Assembly (NCBI RefSeq): GCF_900478135.1
Contig: NZ_LS483470.1
Coordinates: forward strand, 1,376,071 to 1,408,070
Direction: 5' to 3'
DNA: 32,000 nucleotides
From: Leminorella richardii
GTDB taxonomy: Bacteria > Pseudomonadota > Gammaproteobacteria > Enterobacterales > Enterobacteriaceae
The position numbers and the translations under genes were made by a program. Below are positions 9,671 to 18,693 of this stretch, one piece after another (the first letter of the stretch is position 1; each line of letters starts with the position of its first letter). The notes under the pieces were generated by a model. That model saw only the letters and a list, made by a program, of their open reading frames with translations, searched no databases and was not told the origin of the DNA.

Positions 9671-11098
9671 ATGCGCGTAGAAAAAGACAGTGTAGGTACA
9701 CTGGAAGTGCCTGATGATGTGTACTACGGGATCCAGACCGTACGCGGTAAAGCAAACTTTGACGTTTCTCCCAAAACGTTCAATGACTATCCAAACGTTT
9801 TAAAGGCCTATGCCGAAGTGAAAAAGGCCTGTGCGTTTGCCAACCGGGATATCAACGCGTTGGCACCGGAAAAGGCTGAAGCCATTAGTAAAGCCTGCGA
9901 TGAGATCGTTGCAGGAAAGCTGGCGGGGCAGTTTCCTGTCAATGTGTTCAGAGGGTGCGGAACCTCCGCCAATATGAACATGAACGAAGTTATCGCGAAT
10001 CGGGCGAATGAAATTCTAACGGGTAAGCGAGGGTACGATCAGGTTCATCCTAACACTCATGTGAACATGTGCCAGTCCTCTAATGACATCTTTCCTACCG
10101 TTGAGTCTGTAGTGATTTACCGAGAGATTGGCACGCTGCTGGAAACTATTCCTTTGCTTGAAAACGCGCTGGAGGCAAAAAGCAGGGAGTTTGCCGATGT
10201 CGTCAAGATTGCCAGAACCAGCCTGCAGGACGCCCTACCAATCACTTTAGGGCAGGCCTTTTCTGGCTACGTGGCAGCAATAAAGCGAAACCGCCTGCTG
10301 CTTGAAGGTTATCAGAATACCTTTAGAGAGGCGATCTTGGGGGCGACGGCGGTAGGGACGGGCATGGGGGTGATGCCCGGCTTTATCGAGAATGTGTATA
10401 AATACATGAGCGATATTGTCGGTTTTCCCATGCATCGTCACGAAAACCTGATTGACGGTATGCAAAACGCCGATCACTTCATCATCCTTTCCGCCTACGT
10501 GAAGGCCATTGCGGGTATGGTCGGTAAAATTGCCAACGATTTTCGTCAGCTCTCTTCTGGTCCAAGAGGCGGCTTTAATGAGCTTATTCTGCCGGATATG
10601 GGTGCTAGCTGCGCCATCATGCCCGACAAGGTCAACCCTGTCATTCCTGAGCTGATGGTACAAATGATGCATCAGGTGTGCGCTAACGACTGGGGCATTA
10701 GCCTATCGGTTCCCTCAGGGGAGACGGACATTGTTCCGTCAGCCGTCATCAACTTTATGGGTTCGCTGGAATCCATGGAAATTCTTACCAAAGGGATAAA
10801 GCTGTTTACGACTCACTGCGTAGAGGGGTTGGGAGCCAACGTGGAAGTGTGCCATCGCTATGCTGAGGGCTCAACTTCTCTGGCGACGATGGTCAGTGCC
10901 CTTTACGGCTACGAAATTGGTAACAAGATTGCCAAGATTTCTTATGAACAGGGCGTGACGTGTAAAGAGGTGGCGATTCAGGAAAATCTCTTGCCGTTGG
11001 ACGTGGCTGAAGAGCTGTTTGACATCAAAAAACTGACCGAGCTGGAGTCTACCGTCGCCATGTTCGAAAAGTATAAAGACATTCGGCGCGTTAACTAA
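9671..11098 (+). CDS. Aspartate ammonia-lyase-like protein (aspartase/fumarase class II superfamily), paralog 1
   Basis: The ORF track starts at 9644, but the ATG at 9671 has an AGGAG 6 nt upstream and gives MRVEKDSVGTLEVPDDVYYGIQTVRG, an AspA-type N-terminus. Motif 1 is GCGTSANMNMNEV and motif 2 is HVNMCQSSND. Motif 3 is atypical: GASCAIMPDKVNP in place of GSSxMPxKxNP. Confidence 0.85.
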   Translation: MRVEKDSVGTLEVPDDVYYGIQTVRGKANFDVSPKTFNDYPNVLKAYAEVKKACAFANRDINALAPEKAEAISKACDEIVAGKLAGQFPVNVFRGCGTSANMNMNEVIANRANEILTGKRGYDQVHPNTHVNMCQSSNDIFPTVESVVIYREIGTLLETIPLLENALEAKSREFADVVKIARTSLQDALPITLGQAFSGYVAAIKRNRLLLEGYQNTFREAILGATAVGTGMGVMPGFIENVYKYMSDIVGFPMHRHENLIDGMQNADHFIILSAYVKAIAGMVGKIANDFRQLSSGPRGGFNELILPDMGASCAIMPDKVNPVIPELMVQMMHQVCANDWGISLSVPSGETDIVPSAVINFMGSLESMEILTKGIKLFTTHCVEGLGANVEVCHRYAEGSTSLATMVSALYGYEIGNKIAKISYEQGVTCKEVAIQENLLPLDVAEELFDIKKLTELESTVAMFEKYKDIRRVN

Positions 11099-11142
11099 CA
11101 CCGCTATCCGTTCAGTATTGAGACAAACCTAAGGAGAATTTC

Positions 11143-12564
11143 ATGCATTCCGATACCGCAGTACGTGAAAACGCGTCTAGCCCTGATAAAGTGTATTACG
11201 GTCCTGAAACGGCCAAAGCAAAAGACTATCTTAACCTCTGTGAAACAACGCTTGAGAAATATCCCCAGATTCTGGTGGCGATGGGCAAGGTAAAAAAGGC
11301 CTGTGCGATGACCAACCGGCAGGTACAGGCTCTGGAAACAAAAAGGGCTAATGCGATCGCTGCTGCCTGTGACGAGCTGATTGCCGGTCAGTTTATGGAT
11401 CAGTTCCCTTTGTGCGCCATTGGCGGGTTTAGCGCTTCTCTGAATACGGCAGTAAACGAAGTGCTCGCCAAGCGGGCCAATGAGATTCTGGTTAAAGAGG
11501 GGAGGGCAGGAGACATATGCCCGAACGTTCATGTCAATATGGGACAGTCGTCAAATGACGTGCTTAAAACCGCCAAAGCGCTGGCCGTTTATGATGAAAT
11601 CGGCGTTTTGCTGGAGGCTATCCCACACTTGGAAAAACCGCTGGCGGACAAAAGCGAAGAGCTGAAGCAGGTGGTTAAAATGGGGCGCACATCGTATCGA
11701 GATGCGGTTCCCGTTACTCTAGGGCAGGAATTTTCCGGCTACTACAGTCAGATAAAGCGCAACCGACTGCGTTTGGAAGAGGAGCGCCAGCGCTGGAATC
11801 ACGTACCTCTAGGCGCTACGGTTCTGGGGACTGGGTTTGGCTGTATGCCGGGTTACTTTGACGCCGTGTGCGAGAGCCTGTCTGCCGTTTGTGGAAGAAA
11901 AATTGTCCAAAGCGATAACCTGTTTGACGCCATGCAGAGTACTGACGCCTACGTGATGCTGCACGCGCATATTCAGTCTCTGGCTATCTGTGCTGCTAAG
12001 GTGGCGACTGATATCCGCCTGATGGCTTCCGGCCCGCGCGCTGGGCTGCGGGAAATCACCCTTAAAGCCTTGCAGCCGGGCTCTTCTATTATGCCGGGGA
12101 AAGTAAACCCGGTGATCCCCCACATGGTGATGCAGATTAGTCAAAAGATCTCCGCTAACCACGCGGGCGTCGCTCTGGCTGCGTCGTCTGGAGAGCTTGA
12201 TCTCGGTTCAACGAGCTCTATCGTTTTCAAGACGGTGCTGGACTCTATGGAGTTGATTGGCAAAGGGATGAAAATTATGGGTGAGAAGGTTGTTCCCGGC
12301 CTGACGCCGAATACAGAACGCTGTCGAAGTCTGGCAGAACAGTCACTGTCGCTGTCGGGGGTTGTCGGTGCGCTGTTTGGCTATTCGGTAGGTAAGAGAG
12401 TCGCCCAACGCGCCTATGAAGAGAATATCACCTGCAAGGAAGCCGCGATTAAAGAAGGGGTTTTAAGTCAGGGAGAGGCCGATGAGCTTTTTGACGTTTT
12501 AACATTAACGGATGTTCATAAAAGTGAAAGGATGTTTAAAAAGTATATGAACAGAGCCTCGTAG
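11143..12564 (+). CDS. Aspartate ammonia-lyase-like protein (aspartase/fumarase class II superfamily), paralog 2
   Basis: 473 aa. AAGGAG SD upstream of the ATG. Motif 3 is canonical (GSSIMPGKVNPV) and motif 2 is HVNMGQSSND. Motif 1 is degenerate: GGFSASLNTAVNEV versus GGAGTSVNMNTNEV in E. coli AspA. Confidence 0.85.
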   Translation: MHSDTAVRENASSPDKVYYGPETAKAKDYLNLCETTLEKYPQILVAMGKVKKACAMTNRQVQALETKRANAIAAACDELIAGQFMDQFPLCAIGGFSASLNTAVNEVLAKRANEILVKEGRAGDICPNVHVNMGQSSNDVLKTAKALAVYDEIGVLLEAIPHLEKPLADKSEELKQVVKMGRTSYRDAVPVTLGQEFSGYYSQIKRNRLRLEEERQRWNHVPLGATVLGTGFGCMPGYFDAVCESLSAVCGRKIVQSDNLFDAMQSTDAYVMLHAHIQSLAICAAKVATDIRLMASGPRAGLREITLKALQPGSSIMPGKVNPVIPHMVMQISQKISANHAGVALAASSGELDLGSTSSIVFKTVLDSMELIGKGMKIMGEKVVPGLTPNTERCRSLAEQSLSLSGVVGALFGYSVGKRVAQRAYEENITCKEAAIKEGVLSQGEADELFDVLTLTDVHKSERMFKKYMNRAS

Positions 12565-12592
12565 CGTTTCATTAGCTAAAAGCCTGAGCGGG

Positions 12593-12612
12593 AAAAGCCT
12601 GTTCAGGCTTTT
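12593..12612. terminator. Terminator between convergent aspartase paralog 2 and the MocR gene
   Basis: aaaagcctg..caggctttt hairpin followed by tattt. Confidence 0.55.
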
Positions 12613-12632
12613 ATTTATTGAGGTGATGAATA

Positions 12633-14075
12633 CTATTGGCCTGCAGCAAGGCGCCTGACGATCGTCGCCAAGTGGGACACGGCCCGCTCTGTTTCTTCAG
12701 GGTTGGTAAAGTTGGCAAATCCCACCAGTAGCCCTTGCTCCACACTTTCAGTCGTTTGCCAGTGTGACAGCGCCTGCACAGCAAGTCCCTGCTGCCAAGC
12801 GTGTTGAGCAATCTCAATATCTGACAGGGCACATTTTAGTTTGGTCAGCAGCTGGATGCCTCCCGCTTGAGGAACGACCTCCAAAAAGTCTCCTAGCTGC
12901 TGTTCCAGCGCCTGCGCCAGCCACTCACGCCGCTGGCGATAAAGTACTCTCATTCGCTTTAGGTGGCGATAAAAATGACCTTGGTGAATAAAATCTGCCA
13001 CGCCTCCCTGAATGAGCGGCGGGCTGGCACAAACGTGCAAACGGTTAGTCGCCTCAAAGGCGGTAACCAGCTCATCGGGAACCACAAGATAGGCTAGGCG
13101 TAGAGCCGGGAAGAGCGCTTTGCTGAATGTGCCGATATACAGCACGCTGTTCTGGCGATCGATGCTTTTTAGCGGCGGAAGCGGCCTTCCGTGATAGCGA
13201 AACTCACTGTCGTAGTCGTCTTCGACTATCCATGAGGAGCGGCTATTGGCCCAGTCCAATAGCGCGAGTCGTCGTTCCAGGCTAAGGGATACGCCCAGCG
13301 GACTTTGGTGGGTAGGCGTTAAGATTGCCATGCGAGCATTTGGGCAGGCGGCCGCGCCTGCGGCGATATCCATTCCCTGTTCATCTACGGCAACGGGGAC
13401 TGGCTGCATTCCCGACAGGGCTAGTAGAGATGACGTGACGGGATAGCCAGGGTCTTCATGCCATACTGCATCACCGGGCTGTAATAGCGTCTTGAGGATC
13501 ATATCCAAAGCCGTAGGGTAGCCTGCACAGATAAAAATCTGCTCTGGACTGCAAACAATGCTTCGAGAAACGTGCAGATAGTGTGCAATTGCCTCACGCA
13601 GTTCAAACAGGCCGTTTAGAGCAGGAAGCGACAGCGAGGCGGCTGTGGAAGCTCGCAGACGGCGAGTAACAAGACGCTGCCAGAGCGCGCGTGGAAACAT
13701 ATCTAAAGCCGGTAGCCCCAGCTGAAACGGTCGAGAAGATTCTGAAGAGTAAAAGGCGGTTGCCGGAACGGCTGCGGTGGGTTTTTTAGCGGCTGTGGCG
13801 CTGAGTATTGATGCTTTGGTGAGTTGAGCAGAGACGTAAGTACCTGCCTGACCGCGGCTTTGCAAAAAGCCTTCCGCAATTAGCGCGCTGTAGGCATTTT
13901 CTACCGTAGCGCGCGCAACGCCGAGGTCACTGGCTAATCCTCGCAGCGAAGGTAGTCGACTGTTGGGAGCCAGCGTCCCTTGAATAATCGCTTCTTTTAA
14001 CCGCTGATAAATTTGACGATGAAGCGGTTCGAGCTGGCGTCGTTCTCGTGAGAGGTTAGCTAAAATAGAGTACAT
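12633..14075 (-). CDS. MocR/PdxR-type regulator (GntR wHTH fused to a fold-type I aminotransferase-like domain)
   Basis: 480 aa. N-terminal GntR HTH (LPSLRGLASDLGVARATVENAYSALIAEGFLQSRGQAGTYV). Long C-terminal aminotransferase-like domain (DDYDSEFRY, GTFSKALFPALRLAYLV with the PLP-lysine context). Confidence 0.85.
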   Translation of the reverse strand: MYSILANLSRERRQLEPLHRQIYQRLKEAIIQGTLAPNSRLPSLRGLASDLGVARATVENAYSALIAEGFLQSRGQAGTYVSAQLTKASILSATAAKKPTAAVPATAFYSSESSRPFQLGLPALDMFPRALWQRLVTRRLRASTAASLSLPALNGLFELREAIAHYLHVSRSIVCSPEQIFICAGYPTALDMILKTLLQPGDAVWHEDPGYPVTSSLLALSGMQPVPVAVDEQGMDIAAGAAACPNARMAILTPTHQSPLGVSLSLERRLALLDWANSRSSWIVEDDYDSEFRYHGRPLPPLKSIDRQNSVLYIGTFSKALFPALRLAYLVVPDELVTAFEATNRLHVCASPPLIQGGVADFIHQGHFYRHLKRMRVLYRQRREWLAQALEQQLGDFLEVVPQAGGIQLLTKLKCALSDIEIAQHAWQQGLAVQALSHWQTTESVEQGLLVGFANFTNPEETERAVSHLATIVRRLAAGQ

Positions 14076-14179
14076 GATGGCCTAGTTAAATAAGCATTTT
14101 ATGGCTCTATGATATGAACCATGTTGGCGCTAAAGTCTACCTTAATCAATCCTGAACGATGAATATGAAGAGGTTATAG

Positions 14180-14611
14180 ATGATTAAGCAGCGTTTAAAA
14201 TATGCCGAACTGTCACCTGCGCCGTATCAAAGCATGCTGGCAACGCTTACTGCGCTGGGAAAAGGCGAGTTGGATAATGCCATTATCGAACTTGTCTATA
14301 TGCGAGTGTCCCAGATCAACGGCTGTGCTTACTGCTTAGACATGCATGGGAAAGCGTTGCGTAAGTCTGGATATAGTCAGGCCAAGCTTGATACTCTGGC
14401 CGGCTGGCAGGTTAGTCATGAATTTAACGAAGCAGAGCGTGCTGTTTTAGAGTGGACAGATTCAGTTACGTTGATTGCCGCCACCGGTGCACCGGACAGC
14501 GCGTTTAACGCTCTACAGGCGCACTTTAGCGACAGCGAAATTAGTGAACTGACGTTTGCTATTAGCATTATGAACGCCTTTAATCGCTTGGCCATTAGTA
14601 TGAGGCAATAG
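14180..14611 (+). CDS. Carboxymuconolactone decarboxylase / AhpD-like family protein
   Basis: 143 aa with a CxxC motif in the typical context (SQINGCAYCLDMH). Divergent from the MocR regulator. Confidence 0.75.
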   Translation: MIKQRLKYAELSPAPYQSMLATLTALGKGELDNAIIELVYMRVSQINGCAYCLDMHGKALRKSGYSQAKLDTLAGWQVSHEFNEAERAVLEWTDSVTLIAATGAPDSAFNALQAHFSDSEISELTFAISIMNAFNRLAISMRQ

Positions 14612-14705
14612 TCGATCTTTGTGAGCTTCCAGACTATCGTCACAGGTATGAAGGCTGTATGTTTGTGTACAGGAGACCGTCTGTGGCGATAGCGTGGAGT
14701 TAAGC

Positions 14706-15377
14706 ATGAAAGATACCGTTGAGATTTTTAGCCGACGTCGCGTGAACGTTGAGAAACTGCTTCCTTACGGATTTCAACAGGATGACGGTGGCTATCTTTA
14801 TCAGGCCGATTTAGTTAAAGGCCAGTTTAAGATGACGGTGGTGGTTTCTCCTGAAGGCGCTGTGACAACGGCAGTGGTGGACGCATCCACAGGGGAGGAC
14901 TATGTACTTCATCGCGTCGCGGCTACTGTTGGCGAGTTTGTCGGTAAGGTGCGTGAAGAGTACGAGCAGGTGCTTATTCATATTGCCGATACGTGCTTTA
15001 CCTCCGACGTTTTTAAAAGCCAAATGGCTAAGCAGATTATTCAGTTTGTCCGCGATAAATATCACTCCGAGCTGGAGTTTCTCTGGCCTCGCACTCCCGA
15101 TAACGCTATTTTTCGGCGTGTAGACAATGCCAAGTGGTACGGTGCAATACTGACAGTCAGTGGTAAAACGCTGGGTTTGGATGATGCTTCTCGGCTAGAA
15201 ATCCTGAATGTGCGTATGAGGCCGGATGACGTCGTGGCGCTGACTGACGGTAAAAAATACTTTCCAGGCTACCACATGAACAAAAAGCACTGGGTTACTC
15301 TTCGCCTAGACGGTTCTGTGCCTATCGAAGAGATATTGATGCGGATTGATGATAGCTTTGGGCTTGTGGGGGCCTGA
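14706..15377 (+). CDS. MmcQ/YjbR-family protein
   Basis: ATG at 14706 with a GGAG 7 nt upstream; the ORF track opens at a GTG at 14694. The C-terminal part (FRRVDNAKWYGAIL...PGYHMNKKHWVTLRLDGSVP) matches the YjbR fold signature. Confidence 0.7.
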   Translation: MKDTVEIFSRRRVNVEKLLPYGFQQDDGGYLYQADLVKGQFKMTVVVSPEGAVTTAVVDASTGEDYVLHRVAATVGEFVGKVREEYEQVLIHIADTCFTSDVFKSQMAKQIIQFVRDKYHSELEFLWPRTPDNAIFRRVDNAKWYGAILTVSGKTLGLDDASRLEILNVRMRPDDVVALTDGKKYFPGYHMNKKHWVTLRLDGSVPIEEILMRIDDSFGLVGA

Positions 15378-15462
15378 CGAAAGATGAAGTCGTGTGCAGT
15401 ATTTCTTTGAAGAAATTATCGAGCGTGAGCGAGTGACAAAGGGAGTATTAAAGGAGCGGTAA

Positions 15463-16626
15463 ATGGAGCAGTTAAAGCGATTAAGGCGCTTAACGCTAGC
15501 GAAGCAGGGGCTATTATCAAAGAAAGTATTTAGCGCTGATATCACAGGAACGCTGAGCGCCATTGAGCATTTGGGATATGTGCAGATTGATACGATTTCC
15601 GTCGTTGAGCGGGCACATCATCATGTTCTCTGGAGCCGTGTGCCAAACTATATCCCCGCTCAATTAAACACACTGATCGAAAATAGGGATATTTTTGAGT
15701 ATTGGTATCACGCGGCCTCTTATCTTCCCATGAAAGATTTTCGATTTGCTTTGCCGCACATGAATGCTATTCGGCGAGGTGAAAAGACGCACTTTCATTC
15801 CTCTGATAAAAAAACGATGAATGAGGTTATTTCTCGAGTTAAGGCCGAGGGGCCTGTACGAGCAAGAGATATGGAAAGCAAGTCCAATGAAAAAAAGGGC
15901 GGCTGGTCCATTTCTAATACCCATAAGCGAGCGTTAGAAGCCCTGTTCATACGGGGTGACCTGATGATTTGTAAGCGGAACGGCATGGAAAAAGTCTATG
16001 ATTTGACTGAGCGCTGTTTACCTTCAGGCATAAATACCCAAGAACCAACAGTGGACGAATATGCTGAATATATTCTTGAGACAACAATCAGGGCTCACGG
16101 TGTATTTGACTGGAAGCAGTTAATGCATTTGAAAACGGGTAAACCGCTGAAAGAGGCTATGCAGCAGGGGCTTAACGATCGTCTTCAATCAGGGGTCGTA
16201 AAGAAAATCGTCCTTGATGATTCAAATGAGCTTTATGTGGACTCAGTAGCATACGAACAGCCACTTGCTTTTGATAGCGCAATAAGGATTTTATCGCCTT
16301 TTGATAATTTGGTGATTCACCGAGATAGATTGAATTCGCTTTTTAATTTTGACTATAAAATCGAATGCTATGTGACTCCCAGTAAAAGAAAGTATGGCTA
16401 CTTTTGTTTACCGATCCTCTATAACGAAACGCTGATTGGTCGAATTGACTGTAAAGCCCATAGGAGTCAACGCCGCTTTGAAGTGGTGGGGCTGTTTTTA
16501 GAAAATCATCAATTTGAGAGGGATGAGTTTTATTCGACTTTAATTGATGAATTACAAAAATTTGCTGATTTCAATGAATGCCCTGAACTTGATAAGAAAG
16601 TTGTTGATAACGTTTTAAAGCATTAA
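15463..16626 (+). CDS. YcaQ/AlkZ-like winged-helix DNA glycosylase family protein
   Basis: 387 aa. Collinear with E. coli YcaQ from memory: QIDTISVVERAHHHVLWSRVPNY, EYWYHAASYLPMKDFRF, HKRALEALFIRGDLMI, VYDLTERCLP, ILSPFDNLV..RDR...LF.FDYKIECY.P..KR.YGYF.LPIL. Confidence 0.85.
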   Translation: MEQLKRLRRLTLAKQGLLSKKVFSADITGTLSAIEHLGYVQIDTISVVERAHHHVLWSRVPNYIPAQLNTLIENRDIFEYWYHAASYLPMKDFRFALPHMNAIRRGEKTHFHSSDKKTMNEVISRVKAEGPVRARDMESKSNEKKGGWSISNTHKRALEALFIRGDLMICKRNGMEKVYDLTERCLPSGINTQEPTVDEYAEYILETTIRAHGVFDWKQLMHLKTGKPLKEAMQQGLNDRLQSGVVKKIVLDDSNELYVDSVAYEQPLAFDSAIRILSPFDNLVIHRDRLNSLFNFDYKIECYVTPSKRKYGYFCLPILYNETLIGRIDCKAHRSQRRFEVVGLFLENHQFERDEFYSTLIDELQKFADFNECPELDKKVVDNVLKH

Positions 16627-16896
16627 GCGAATCGAGGAGAGCTATTTGTTATTCGCATTTGTATCATCTTTCCCCTACTAGACGCTGTTTTATAGCAGCT
16701 TCTAGTCTTCACGCAACACCCATATTCTGAGCTAATTTTGTGCTACCGATCGTAACATGATGCATAATTCTCACATCATCCACTGAAATATCTGAACGCT
16801 TCTCCAAACCTCCAATAACAGTACAGGGTTTCCTCACTGAGTTTCCTCATAACCTTTATTATAGCTTTACACCTATATAGTCTATGATCTATATTT

Positions 16897-17262
16897 ATGG
16901 AGGGTTCTGTGTGGACAATTAAAACAACGGATAGGTTCGATAATTGGTTTACCTCACTCAGCGATACCGATCGCGTTAGTGTGCTCGCTGCACTGATGAT
17001 TCTGCGGGAAAGAGGGCCGGGGTTACCCAGACCTTATGCCGATACGCTCAGAGGCTCCAGCTATAGCAATATGAAAGAGCTGCGTATACAGAGTCGGGGC
17101 GATCCGATACGGGCATTTTTCGCTTTTGACCTTGAGCGCACTGGGATTGTGCTGTGTGCTGGTAATAAAGTTGGTAATGAAAAGAGTTTTTACAATGAGA
17201 TGCTCCCGATTGCAGACAGGGAGTTCACAAACTGGCTAAATACATTAAAAGAGAAGGAGTAA
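16897..17262 (+). CDS. Type II toxin, RelE/ParE superfamily (HigB-like addiction module killer protein)
   Basis: About 117-121 aa. An alternative GTG start at 16909 lies 4 nt after GGAGGG. WTIKTTDRFDNWF...MKELRI....IRAFFAFD....VLCAGNK is the pattern of the phage Gp49-like killer family. The stop is 4 nt from the antitoxin start. Confidence 0.75.
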   Translation: MEGSVWTIKTTDRFDNWFTSLSDTDRVSVLAALMILRERGPGLPRPYADTLRGSSYSNMKELRIQSRGDPIRAFFAFDLERTGIVLCAGNKVGNEKSFYNEMLPIADREFTNWLNTLKEKE

Positions 17263-17266
17263 CGCG

Positions 17267-17569
17267 ATGGGCAGAACGCTGGAACAGCTTATTGCTGATG
17301 AAAAACCAGAGGTTGTCGCTGAAGCGCAGGCAGTGGCGACAGATATTTTGCTCAATATCCATCTTGCTGAACTGCGCGAAAAAGTGCAGAAAACGCAGGT
17401 CGAAATGGCTCAAACTCTGGGTATTAAACAGCCTACTGTGGCAGGGATGGAAAAACCGGGACGTGACCTGAAACTTTCTACACTCAAACGCTACGTTGAG
17501 GCGGCGGGCGGCAAACTGCGACTTGATGTTGAACTGCCGGATGGCTCTCATTATGGGTTTGTTTTGTAG
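17267..17569 (+). CDS. XRE-family HTH antitoxin partner of the HigB-like toxin
   Basis: 100 aa with a central HTH (KTQVEMAQTLGIKQPTVAGMEKPGRDLKLSTLKRYVEAAG). Toxin-first order as in higBA. Confidence 0.75.
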   Translation: MGRTLEQLIADEKPEVVAEAQAVATDILLNIHLAELREKVQKTQVEMAQTLGIKQPTVAGMEKPGRDLKLSTLKRYVEAAGGKLRLDVELPDGSHYGFVL

Positions 17570-18038
17570 GTGTGGGGTGGGGGATTTGGGGTAGCAAATG
17601 TGCTGATACGCCTCTGAGATAGTCGCGAGAGATTAATCGTGAAGCATGAGGCATTGTACCTAAGCAAATATAACCTTCGTCCTGTCGTTAGTGTCTCTCC
17701 GGCGCGGCTTTGATATGGAAGCTGTGCCGCATTTCGTTTATTTGATCCATCATAATCCTTTGAACTATAAAAACAGTTTTCTATTATCGACCTTCTTACC
17801 ACGAACTAAGCTCCCGCCTGCACAAAATGCTTCATGACCTGAAAGAAGCGCCTTATGTATCAGGATGGTCGCTGTTTTACCGACAATGCCGCATTTGAAA
17901 ACTGCCGGATCTGTCCTTAGATGGATTACGGCTTTCCTCACGCATTATTACGCTAAGGAGATCGTAATGAATATGATGAATAATTGTGCATCGTCTATCG
18001 CAAATGTTATATTAAAATATAATATTTGGAGGTGCTCT

Positions 18039-18296
18039 ATGTATACAACTCGCCTGAAAAAGGTCGGTGGCTCTATCATGCTGACGGTTCCTCCTGCTGT
18101 GTTGAAAACGCTGGCGCTGTCGACGGACAGCGAAGTGGGTATGACTATTGAGAATGGCTGCCTGATTATTGAACCCCAGAAACGGCCCCGTTATTCGCTT
18201 GAGGAGCTGCTGGCGCAGTGCGATCCGCACGCCGAAATGAGCGAAGAGGATCGTGAATGGATTGATGCGCCTGCGGTGGGTAAGGAGATCCTCTAA
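18039..18296 (+). CDS. pemI: PemI/MazE-type antitoxin (AbrB/SpoVT fold)
   Basis: True start is the ATG at 18039, preceded by GGAGG at 18028-18032. MYTTRLKKVGGSIMLTVPPAVLKTLAL... is PemI/ChpS-like. The stop abuts the pemK ATG at 18297. Confidence 0.85.
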   Translation: MYTTRLKKVGGSIMLTVPPAVLKTLALSTDSEVGMTIENGCLIIEPQKRPRYSLEELLAQCDPHAEMSEEDREWIDAPAVGKEIL

Positions 18297-18629
18297 ATGG
18301 ACAGAGGGGAAATCTGGCTTGTTTCACTGGATCCGATTGCTGGTCACGAGCAAAGCGGAAAACGCCCGGTACTTATCGTATCGAAGGCATCGTTTAACAA
18401 TCTGACCCGGCTACCCGTTGTTGTTCCCGTTACCAGCGGCGGAAACTTTGCCCGCACAGCCGGTTTTACCGTCTCACTGGATGGTTCGGGAACAAAAACA
18501 ACAGGGGTTATTCGCTGCGACCAACCGAGAACTATTGATATAGGCGCTCGTAATGGCAAGCGGTTGGAGCGTATACCTGACAGTATTACCAACGAGGTGC
18601 TGGCTCGACTAGGGGCTATTCTTTTCTGA
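18297..18629 (+). CDS. pemK: PemK/MazF-family endoribonuclease toxin
   Basis: 110 aa. Nearly collinear with plasmid R100 PemK from memory: M.RGEIWLVSLDP.AGHEQ.G.RPVLIV....FN..TRLPVVVPVTSGGNFARTAGF.VSLDG.G..TTGV.RCDQPRTID..AR.GKRLER.P. Confidence 0.9.
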   Translation: MDRGEIWLVSLDPIAGHEQSGKRPVLIVSKASFNNLTRLPVVVPVTSGGNFARTAGFTVSLDGSGTKTTGVIRCDQPRTIDIGARNGKRLERIPDSITNEVLARLGAILF

Positions 18630-18642
18630 TATATGAAAAGCA

Positions 18643-18670
18643 AAAAGCCCGCTTTATAAAGCGGGCTTTT
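18643..18670. terminator. Bidirectional terminator hairpin; native tRNA-Asn terminator left behind at attL
   Basis: aaaagcccgc-tttataaa-gcgggctttt. Nearly the same hairpin lies directly 3' of the second tRNA-Asn at 29574-29598. Confidence 0.7.
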
Positions 18671-18671
18671 G

Positions 18672-18693
18672 AAATTTGGCTCCTCTGACTGGA
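18672..18693. repeat. attL: 22-bp direct repeat containing the last 17 nt of tRNA-Asn
   Basis: aaatttggctcctctgactgga is identical to 26597-26618 and 29601-29622. Confidence 0.9.

Noticed and set aside
17865-18038. N-terminal 58-codon extension of the pemI ORF in the track (143 aa)
   Set aside because: PemI/MazE antitoxins are about 85 aa, and GGAGG sits 6 nt before the internal ATG at 18039. The extension is unlike any antitoxin sequence and coincides with the repeated island-related segment.
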